27,502 nucleotides of DNA, from assembly GCA_047611865.1 (NCBI GenBank), contig JBLFWS010000028.1:1-27502 (forward strand), read 5' to 3'. The DNA is from Chlamydiales bacterium. GTDB lineage: Bacteria; Chlamydiota; Chlamydiia; Chlamydiales; JBDQID01. Every line of letters starts with the position of its first letter. Position 1 is the stretch's first letter. The translations under genes and the position numbers were made by a program. The notes beneath the pieces were generated by a model. The model ran no database searches. It was given only the letters and a program-made list of their open reading frames with translations, and was not told where the DNA came from. Below are positions 1 to 7,509 of the stretch, piece after piece.

Positions 1-144
1 AGCTACTGCTTTGAGGTTGTTACATCCTGAGGTCACAGCACAGATGGTGATAAAAAGTATATGTATGAGAATGTGACGGATGGATCCTGTGCGGCGATAA
101 TCCTCGACTCCTCCAAAATGTTTATCGTTAGTTTCTCCAGTCAT
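1..144 (-). CDS. ISAs1-family transposase, N-terminal part (truncated by window edge)
   Basis: Manual translation from ATG at 144 (minus): MTGETNDKHFGGVEDYRRTGSIRHILIHILFITICAVTSGCNNLKAVA, matching the ISAs1 N-terminal pattern HFxxxxDxRxxxxxxHxLxxILxxxICAVxSG. Not in the ORF track. Confidence 0.88.
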   Translation of the reverse strand, partial: MTGETNDKHFGGVEDYRRTGSIRHILIHILFITICAVTSGCNNLKAVA

Positions 145-229
145 TGGTGTTTCTCCCGTGTAACCCGACGGAGAAACTTATCGACCTAAAGAACTTATTT
201 TATCAAGTTTTCTTCATGAAATCGCCCTG
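1..229 (-). mobile_element. ISAs1-family IS, left end (runs off window)
   Basis: Terminal sequence CAGGGCGATTTCATGAAGAAAACTT (rc of 205-229), identical over 25 bp to the ISAs1 right end at 3976-4000; followed on the minus strand by an ISAs1 transposase N-terminus. Confidence 0.9.
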
Positions 230-1201
230 GTACAAGGAGTCTTTAAAAGGATCCTTGAGAGCCTGTATGAGGCAACATTTCTCTCGTGTTCGCACGGATT
301 TAGACCAAGGAAAAGCTGCCATACAGCGATTAAGGATCTTCACCAGCACTTGTTCCGCAACGAGGTTGAGATGGTGATAGATTTGGACTTAGCAAATTTC
401 TTTGGAACAATTGATCACAAGCTTTTGGAAGGTATACTTAGAGAAAAGATCAAAGATGATCGTTTTATTAGGTATATAGTCCGGATGTTTAAAGCGGGTG
501 TATTAAGCTAAGGAGAATTGAAAACCTCTGTTGACGGTGTACCTCAGGGGTCATTGTGCAGTCCAATTTTGGCTAATATCTTTGCCCATAGAGTTTTAGA
601 TGAATGGGTAGAGAAAATGATCCAACCATATTGTCGAGGAGAAGTCCGCCTTTTTCGTTACGCAGATGATGGAATCATCTGCTGCCGCTACGCAAGCGAT
701 GCAAAACGAGTTCGAGAAGGGCTTAGAAAGCGTCTCGAGAAATACAATTTGAAGCTTAATGAGGAGAAAACTCGTATGGTATCCTTCTCAAAGGCTCAAT
801 TGGATAGAGGAGTGAAGCAAGGAGTATTTGATTTTCTTGGCTTTACGTTCTACCTTGGCAGATCAAAAAGTGGAAAGGTTATACCCAAACTCAAAACAAG
901 CGGGAAAACGATAAGAAACAAGCTTAAGAGAGTGGGTGAGTGGATGAAAGCTAATCGAAGCAAGATGAAGACATCGAAACTGTGGAAAGGCTTTTGCGTG
1001 AAGTTACGAGGACACGTACAATACTACGGTGTATCTTTTAACGATAAGGCAGTACATAGCTTTCTACATGGAGCGACGCGAATCTGTTTCAAATGGCTAA
1101 ATCGACGTAGCCAAAAGAAATCCTTAACATGGGAAAAGTTCAGTAGATTTCTAGATGCAAATCCACTGCCCTTGAATAAAGTATATCATCCCTTATTTTA
1201 A
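230..1201 (+). pseudogene. ltrA: Group II intron reverse transcriptase/maturase, 5'-interrupted by ISAs1, with an in-frame TAA at 509-511
   Basis: From 230 the frame reads VQGVFKRILESLYEATFLSCSHGFRPRKSCHTAI...VIDLDLANFFGTIDH...RMFKAGVLS*GELKTSVDGVPQGSLCSPILANIF...RYADD...NEEKT...FDFLGFTF, then maturase X domain; no endonuclease domain. Confidence 0.93.
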
Positions 1202-1231
1202 ACCACAGCAAGAAGTGAATGGAATTATCTT

Positions 1232-1303
1232 GAGCTCAGTGCTTAAATAGAGCACGCTGAGATCTAACTGGGGGGGAGTTCTGGTGACAGGCTCCTCTAC
1301 CAC
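1232..1303 (+). ncRNA. Group II intron domains V and VI (3' end of the ribozyme)
   Basis: GAGCTCAGTGC-TTAAATAG-AGCACGCTGAGATCT resembles domain V (AGC triad, paired stems). It is followed by a G-rich/CT-rich domain VI-like hairpin ending CTCTACCAC directly after the RT ORF. The 3' boundary is approximate. Confidence 0.8.
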
Positions 1304-1347
1304 CTTCTACAGTGGGATAGAGTGACCAACCCTTTAGTTTAAGAAAC

Positions 1348-1692
1348 TCAAGATCCCCGATATGTGGTATATCCGTAGTTATTCAGAAGTAGGGGGATGT
1401 GGTAGTGCTGATCTGGGTTATCTATTTGGAAAACGACACATACTGATGGATAGAAAGAGTCTTGTCCGATGGTGGAGAAGTATTTTTTTGTGTCAAAGAT
1501 GAGGCGGTACACTCCGGGTTGAAAAGGGGAGTCTCCTGGATCGAAATCCTCTACTCGTCCATCATCATTACTTTCCTCTTCTGTAAGTTCGCTCCAGATT
1601 CCATCACCAGTTTCGTGTTCCAAAACTACTAGCATGGTTTTCGCAGGCTTGCCGAGGTGGGTATTTAAAATGTGAGAGCTAATTGAGATCAT
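1348..1692 (-). CDS. uraH: 5-hydroxyisourate hydrolase (transthyretin-like protein)
   Basis: SSHILNTHLGKPA N-terminal motif, DGR, HYHIPLLLNNYGYTTYRGS with the diagnostic C-terminal YRGS. ATG at 1692 preferred over TTG at 1710. Confidence 0.95.
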   Translation of the reverse strand: MISISSHILNTHLGKPAKTMLVVLEHETGDGIWSELTEEESNDDGRVEDFDPGDSPFQPGVYRLIFDTKKYFSTIGQDSFYPSVCVVFQIDNPDQHYHIPLLLNNYGYTTYRGS

Positions 1693-1706
1693 AGTTTTTT
1701 CTCGCT

Positions 1707-3119
1707 TCAAAATTCTTCGATATTAAAGTTTTCCAAATCATGGAAGTATTCGTCAAGATTGTCACTATATAATTGTGAAGTGATTTCGGCAACGATGCGC
1801 TGAATACTGTACTTCATACCGCTGATGCTGGCTCCACCAAAACCATTGCTTAAGAGACCACCGAAATTATAATTAAATAGGGAGTTGAGGTAAGGAGCTG
1901 TGCCCTCTTCTTTTTCGAGGAACTGAAAACCCTTTCCAAGATAGGGATGATTCTCTAGATCCCTGCTTTGCATTTTCTCAGGTGGGGTGTAGCGATCTTT
2001 CCAGAGGACTATGTCATCTACAAAGTTCTTCAGCTCTGGACGTAGATGGAGGTTTGTGACAAAGCCTGTCCCTATGATTAAGTGGTCGAAGGTGTATTTG
2101 CCCTGTGGTGTTTCAACTTCTACGTATCCGTTCTTTTCCTCCACCTTATTCCACGGAGATGAAGGGTGTAGAGAATACTCTTTGAAGGTGATGGCTTTTT
2201 GATAGGTGTTGCGGGGAGGAAGCTGACCCATCTCAATGATTTTATGGATGAATCGCCATTTATCAGCATCCGGTATATCGCTATGGTGTCGTAAAAAGCC
2301 CACAAACTCAGCCCAGCGGTAGGCATTAACTTTTACAAGTTCAGGTCTCCGGAAGAATTGCTGTACTTTCTTAGCTTTGTGCTCCAGGGCAATAATGGCG
2401 TTGTCGAAAGCTGAGGCACCAGCACCGAGAATGCCTATGCGCTTCCCATAAAATTTAGTAAAATCAATATCTTCATGAGTGTGAGAGTAGAGCTCCTTTG
2501 GAACATTCTTACTGATAAAACCAGGAATTACCCACTCGCCAGCTCCGGCTATGCCATTTGCGAGGACGACCTTTTTGGCGTAAAGGGTCTTATCTGAAGG
2601 GGTATTTTTGATATCTATTTTGAAACACTGATTTTCTTCGTCCCAGTGTATGAGTTTTACGAGAGTTTCGTTTTTGACAGGGAGTTTTAAGAAGCTACGA
2701 AACCAGTGGAGATAGTCAGCCCAGGAATCCTTGGGAATGTATTCGAGCTCTTCCCAGGCTTCTTTGCCATTTTGTGCGATATACCAAGAACTAATACTGA
2801 GAGAGGGGATTCCATAGTTTGGGCCAGCGAGAGACTTTGGGGTTCGCAGCGTGTCCATCCTGGCAAAGCTGCGCCAGGGGCCTTCGAAGTCCTCTCTTTC
2901 TCTGTCCAGGACCAGAATATTATGGACCTTTTCCCGAATCAAAGCAAAACATAGGGCTAAGCCACTTTGTCCTCCTCCTTCGATTATGACGTCATAAATG
3001 TGTTCGCCATTACTTGTGGTCGCCGATTTCACCCAGTCTCTGACGGGATAGTCTAAAATTTGCAGATCTTCAATGATTTTTTCTTCTAGAAGGGAGAGTC
3101 CTTCCCGTGCAGAATTCAT
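1707..3119 (-). CDS. FAD/NAD(P)-dependent monooxygenase, HpyO-like (probable urate hydroxylase)
   Basis: GGGQSG FAD-binding motif, GPW...ARMDTLRTPK, second Rossmann motif ILGAGASAFDNA, GTGF; directly upstream of uraH. ATG at 3119 has a GGAGGTGG SD. Confidence 0.78.
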   Translation of the reverse strand: MNSAREGLSLLEEKIIEDLQILDYPVRDWVKSATTSNGEHIYDVIIEGGGQSGLALCFALIREKVHNILVLDREREDFEGPWRSFARMDTLRTPKSLAGPNYGIPSLSISSWYIAQNGKEAWEELEYIPKDSWADYLHWFRSFLKLPVKNETLVKLIHWDEENQCFKIDIKNTPSDKTLYAKKVVLANGIAGAGEWVIPGFISKNVPKELYSHTHEDIDFTKFYGKRIGILGAGASAFDNAIIALEHKAKKVQQFFRRPELVKVNAYRWAEFVGFLRHHSDIPDADKWRFIHKIIEMGQLPPRNTYQKAITFKEYSLHPSSPWNKVEEKNGYVEVETPQGKYTFDHLIIGTGFVTNLHLRPELKNFVDDIVLWKDRYTPPEKMQSRDLENHPYLGKGFQFLEKEEGTAPYLNSLFNYNFGGLLSNGFGGASISGMKYSIQRIVAEITSQLYSDNLDEYFHDLENFNIEEF

Positions 3120-3380
3120 AGAACCACCTCCTATGGTTTTCAAGTAATGAAGGGAGGTCATTCTTCGAAATTTAGATATTATTGCAAAGTAAAAAGTTTG
3201 CATGGGCATTTTAAATTTTTCCTCTAAAGGCAAAACCGAGTAAGATTCTTTTTCATATTCTTATGCAAAGAATTGTAGAATCCTTTCTATGTCCAGCAAA
3301 GACAGCATTTTTTCAAAATAAAACAAGGGATTTAAAAAACGATTTCACGAAATGTATAAAGAGAATACAAGAGTTGAATA

Positions 3381-3566
3381 TTAACTACTTACGGATTTCT
3401 TGAACTTTTTTTTAGCTGAAGTACTAATATCTGCGTGATCAACTGAACCTCTAAATTTAGATAGCTTAGTTGTAGGTAATAATTTCTTATCCATTTGATA
3501 TTTAGCTTTTTCTGGGACGGTCTCAACTTTTTCTGAGACTTTTTTTAAGACTTTTGGAGAGGTACC
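3381..3566 (-). pseudogene. 3' remnant of a small basic protein gene, paralogue of 4272-4478, 5' end lost to ISAs1
   Basis: C-terminus GSVDHADISTSAKKKFKKS resembles ATGDSANVSDSAKEKFGES of the neighbour; DNA TTTAGCTGAAGTACTAATATCTGC vs TTTAGCTGAATCACTAACATTTGC. Its RBS and promoter remain beyond the IS at 4001-4091. Junction is approximate. Confidence 0.62.
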
Positions 3567-4000
3567 AACTACTTTGAACAAGCTCTAGAACACGGAACGA
3601 AGAATATTGACTACCAAAGCATTGAAGAGTCCAACGAGGGCCATGGACGAGTAGAAAGTCGTCATGTTTTCGCGACAGAAAACATCTTCAGAGAATCGTT
3701 ATTACATTAGCAGTTTAGCAGCTGAGCCCAAAGTATTAGGCCGTTCAATTCGATCTCATTGGGGAATTGAAAACAGTGTTCATTGGATATTGGACGTCGC
3801 TTTTCGAGAAGATGCTCAAAAAGCAAAAGCAGGGCATATAACAGAAAACCTGTCGATGATTCGTAGGATTGCCCTCAACTTTTTGAAGCAGGATAAAACT
3901 GTGAAAGCAGGGATTGAGATAAAACGGCAGAAGACTGGGTGGGATAACAATTACCTATTGTCTGTGTTAGGTGTAAAGTTTTCTTCATGAAATCGCCCTG
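3567..4000 (+). mobile_element. ISAs1-family remnant (3' part of transposase with internal deletion/frameshift plus right IR)
   Basis: One frame gives NYFEQALEHG...NEGHGRVESRHVFATEN (GHGRxExR motif at 3639-3662); another gives RYYISSL...IRSHWGIENSVHWILDVAFRED...GWDNNYL. IR at 3976-4000. Confidence 0.92.
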
Positions 4001-4062
4001 CTTTTAAGCCCCCTATTTTCAATTAAGACTAAAAAGAATAACTCAACATACTTATAGTTATT

Positions 4063-4091
4063 ATTATACAATGATAACTATATATTTTCAA
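4063..4091 (-). promoter_or_regulatory. sigma70/sigma66-type promoter of the disrupted small gene
   Basis: Minus strand TTGAAA-17 nt-TATAAT, followed downstream by GGGGG SD and CTTAAAAG ending at the IS junction (4001). Confidence 0.7.
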
Positions 4092-4271
4092 TATAGTGGC
4101 TTCTTTAGAAATAATTTATAACGAGAATGGACACGGTTGATTCCGTGAGTTTCTTAGGAAACCCTATGACTAGAAGGCTAATTTGAACCTAAAGGTAAGA
4201 GCCCCATACTGGGTATGCCTGGGCCAAGCTTTGCGTAAAAAAAATAATTTAAGAGAATAAACACTAATTAA

Positions 4272-4478
4272 TCAGGATTCTCCAAATTTTTCTTTAGCTG
4301 AATCACTAACATTTGCCGAATCACCCGTTGCTCTATCTCGTTTAGCTTCAAATCTTTTGAGTAATCTAGCAGTTTTATCATCTTCTGTTATCGCTGCCAC
4401 AGCACGTTTTCGCTCTACACCCGTAAGAGCTCCGCCTTTATTAGACCTTGGATTGGTCGCTCCGCTGACTTCATCCAT
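4272..4478 (-). CDS. Small hydrophilic hypothetical protein (68 aa)
   Basis: ATG with GGGGG SD (GGGGGATTTTAAAG-ATG), near-consensus promoter upstream and a paralogue downstream. Confidence 0.75.
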   Translation of the reverse strand: MDEVSGATNPRSNKGGALTGVERKRAVAAITEDDKTARLLKRFEAKRDRATGDSANVSDSAKEKFGES

Positions 4479-4540
4479 CTTTAAAATCCCCCAAATTCAA
4501 AAAGGTTAAGGTACGGATTTTAAACCCGTTCACAGTCCTA

Positions 4541-4569
4541 ATTATAAAGTAAATCCTTTAACTTTTCAA
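4541..4569 (-). promoter_or_regulatory. sigma70/sigma66-type promoter of the 68-aa gene
   Basis: Minus strand TTGAAA-AGTTAAAGGATTTACTT (17 nt)-TATAAT. Confidence 0.72.
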
Positions 4570-4650
4570 TAGATAAGAGAATATTTATTAATACTTTATA
4601 ATTAAAGAAGTCTCTTTTGATTTATATATTTTCGAGAAACTTTACTACGG

Positions 4651-4686
4651 TTTAGTGAAGCAAATTCTTGAACTTGTTTCGCTATA
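4651..4686. repeat. 36-bp imperfect palindromic repeat, copy 1
   Basis: TTTAGTGAAGCAAATTC-TT-GAACTTGTTTCGCTATA; shares the core AATTCTTGAACTTGTTyCGyTATA with 9696-9731. Confidence 0.75.
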
Positions 4687-5707
4687 AGGTATTTTAGAAC
4701 TTAAATCTAAAACTCCATCTCCCATGGAATTCTGGGTCAAGGGTGGCTGAAAGAGATATGTTCTTGCTAATTTCGTGAGCAAGTTTTAAGCAATATTCCC
4801 AGACTTGATTTTGCACGCAAGTAGGACTTGAAAATCCGTCATGATGAAAAAGCTGTTCTGGCTGTACTCTTAGGTCGAAAAACCGTTTCCCGCAAAACTT
4901 GTAGGGACACGAGTTTGAAGATAGAGATCGTATTGCAAAACTCGTCTCTTCATTGATAACTCACATAATTCAAACAGCTGAGCTTATTGAAGATAGGTGG
5001 AGTTATTTCTTAAATCAAGAAAAGTTAATTAATTCCATTAAAATTTCCCCTTTGAAAAAAGGGCTTAAACGACCCTGTATTTGAGTAGGGCCTGAAAACA
5101 CAGGGATTTTCTTAACAGAATCTTTAATCTTTACGTTTAATTAACATTTTCGAAATATAGGCTTAATATAAATGTAGTATATTTGTATTTGAACAAGCAA
5201 GGGGTTAGTGTCATAAAAGTTATTCGAAGACTGTAAGTTTAAGAGTACTAAATATAATAAGCTACCAAGATACTTAAAAAATAATATAGTTTAATCGCTG
5301 TGTGTGCAATCAGCGAACGGTTGACTTGTGTCCTTTGAAATGTTTGTTTTTATTGATTTAGTACATTTTAAAAATGAAAGGTATTAAAGTTTTTAGTACG
5401 TAGTATGTAATGGGTATAATAGATTTAATTAATGAGCACTCTGATGATGGTTACGTAGATAGCACAGGTAAAATATAATTATATAGTAGAATTAATATAT
5501 ACTTACCTGTGTTCCTCACCTCACCTCTCCTATATCATTCATCATTAGAAATTTGAGTACAGCGAAGACCGTAAAGTTTACCCATAAATTTAATGATTTA
5601 ATTGCTAAGTGAGCATTTGAAAATTTCATATGGCTTCAGGGGATTCTTATGTCTCAGAAAACGGCGTTTTTTGTCGTTCTCTGAAAAAAAATCGGGAGAT
5701 TTTAACT

Positions 5708-6316
5708 ATGAGTATAGCTAATCAAAAAGCAAGTAAGTTGCCTGCTAAGGGGAAAAAGTCGAAGAAAATCAAAAATAGCTTTCAACAGATTTTACAGAAA
5801 GCAGGAGTTAGGTTAAACGAGGAAGACTTTTCTGCTGATGATATCCAAACATTTGTCTTCGGGGTGCTTGAAGAAGTATCTAAGGATTCGGCTATTCCTA
5901 TAAAAGATATTTATTCGATCCCGGAAGAGAATCTTGAAGGTCTATATTCAGCCGCCCGTAATCTTTATGATAATGGCCGCTACGATGAAGCAAAAGAGTT
6001 GTTTCGTCTTCTTGTGATGATTGATCAGTATGAGAGAAAGTATGTCTTTGCTTTGGCAGCGACATTACAAATGCAGCACGAATATTTTCAGGCTGCCACG
6101 ACTTATACTATAGCCGCAACTTTGGTTTCACGTAATCCTACTCCACACTTTCACGCAGCAGAGTGTTATCTGGCACTCAATGAACCTGCATCAGCATGCG
6201 TTTCTTTAGGTTTGTGCATCCGTGCATCTGGAGATCAGCCAGAATTTCAAGAGTTGAAAGAACGCTGTAGTCTTGCGAGAGAGCGTCTTCTAGAACACAT
6301 TAATAATGCGGCATAG
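5708..6316 (+). CDS. SycD/LcrH-family (class II) type III secretion chaperone, TPR protein
   Basis: LEGLYSAARNLYDNGRYDEAKELFRLLVMID...YVFALAATLQM...AATTY...NPTPHFHAAECYLAL is typical of LcrH/SycD. ATG at 5708 has a GGGAG SD. Confidence 0.9.
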   Translation: MSIANQKASKLPAKGKKSKKIKNSFQQILQKAGVRLNEEDFSADDIQTFVFGVLEEVSKDSAIPIKDIYSIPEENLEGLYSAARNLYDNGRYDEAKELFRLLVMIDQYERKYVFALAATLQMQHEYFQAATTYTIAATLVSRNPTPHFHAAECYLALNEPASACVSLGLCIRASGDQPEFQELKERCSLARERLLEHINNAA

Positions 6317-6365
6317 AAAAAATAATCATTTAATTAAAAAAATAAGTAATTGTCAGGGGGAAGTT

Positions 6366-7376
6366 ATGACTGCAATCAGCGAAGTATCATTAAGCCAAAT
6401 GTCTAGCCTGGACTATCATGTAGAGCAAGTCACAGGAGGCGAGAATAGTTTGGCGAGGAGACCAGCAGATATGGGATCGTCGAGCATGCAAAGTAGCGAG
6501 TACTCATTCAGTGCATCGTTTGAATATACGCAGACAAGCAGGCCGTACCTGCCTGAAGGCAAGAATGGTGGTGACTTGGATTCAAGCATCTCCCAGTTGA
6601 TAGAGCTCTTTATAGAGCTTGTGAAACTTTTTTCTAAGGAAGAGGATAAAGGGTCGGAGAGTTGGAGTATTTCTATTGAAATGACAAAAACCTCATTTCA
6701 GTCCCAAAGAAAGGAGGCAGGCAGTCTCTTTACGCAAAGTAAAGCTGAACTAGAGTATGTGAACCAACAGGTGACTTCTGAGGAAACAACGACCATAACT
6801 TTTGAGAGGAGCCAGCAGGTCGTGAATTCAATTTTAGAGCCTTTTAATAGTGATAGCTCAACGTTATCGGGACTCTTCAAAAAACTCGCCAGGAAAATAG
6901 CTTTCCTTGAGAACTGGATGGAGAAAATGGAAAAACTCTTTGAGTTGACGGATTCCAATAGCGCCATCAATGATTGGGTGGATAGTGGGGGACTCTCTGA
7001 CGAGACCAAAGATATGGTTCTTGGGTCGATGATGGGAATGTTAATGAAAGAGTGTGAAGGAGGAAGCTCAAGCTACAGCTACCAGTCTATGTCCTATGAA
7101 CAATCAAGTGTTACAACAGCAACAGGTGTTGTTGAGACGATGGAACTGGAGATGGTCAGCATTGAGGCAGAGACTAATTACCAGAGTCAAGATTGTTGCC
7201 AGAAGCGTAACGATGCCATCGCCCTTCTTGCAGAGTTTTTAGAAGAGCTTTTTTCTACCGATGAAAAACAGGAAGAGGAGATGATAGCCTTTTCCTATTC
7301 GGCAAGTTCTTCCATTGTTCAAATTACTGAGTCAAGAGATGAATCAGTAGAACTTTTACTTCAAACAGCAGCATAA
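6366..7376 (+). CDS. Acidic Ser/Glu-rich hypothetical protein, candidate T3SS substrate
   Basis: ATG at 6366 after AGGGGG SD; co-oriented 49 bp after the chaperone, with a terminator after it; low-complexity Ser-rich N-terminus; no clear TM segment. Confidence 0.8.
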   Translation: MTAISEVSLSQMSSLDYHVEQVTGGENSLARRPADMGSSSMQSSEYSFSASFEYTQTSRPYLPEGKNGGDLDSSISQLIELFIELVKLFSKEEDKGSESWSISIEMTKTSFQSQRKEAGSLFTQSKAELEYVNQQVTSEETTTITFERSQQVVNSILEPFNSDSSTLSGLFKKLARKIAFLENWMEKMEKLFELTDSNSAINDWVDSGGLSDETKDMVLGSMMGMLMKECEGGSSSYSYQSMSYEQSSVTTATGVVETMELEMVSIEAETNYQSQDCCQKRNDAIALLAEFLEELFSTDEKQEEEMIAFSYSASSSIVQITESRDESVELLLQTAA

Positions 7377-7416
7377 TTCCTAGAGAGTACTCTTACAATA
7401 TTGGTACTTTCAAGCG

Positions 7417-7452
7417 GCACAGAGAACATTGATTGTTCTCTGTGTTTTTTTT
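7417..7452 (+). terminator. Rho-independent terminator
   Basis: GCACAGAGAACA-TTGAT-TGTTCTCTGTGT followed by a T-run. Confidence 0.88.
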
Positions 7453-7509
7453 ATGTAAGCAGTTATATCTAAGTAACCCTACGGTCTGCCTTTTAAACCC
7501 TGTATTAAA

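Noticed and set aside
144..377. 77-aa plus-strand ORF
   Set aside because: Chimeric: it spans the ISAs1 terminus and an off-frame reading of the RT gene.
518..1201. RT as a retron, DGR or defence-associated RT
   Set aside because: It has a maturase X domain followed by group II domains V/VI; no template repeat or msr/msd-like region was seen.
1304..1326. Sequence after the intron (ending GATAGAGTGACC) as an IS1-like terminus serving as intron target
   Set aside because: Resemblance is only a few bases, with no matching second end or transposase in the window.
205..4000. Composite transposon carrying the urate genes between two identical 25-bp repeats
   Set aside because: The repeats are in direct orientation (left end of a minus-strand IS, right end of a plus-strand IS), so they do not form an inward-facing pair around the cargo.
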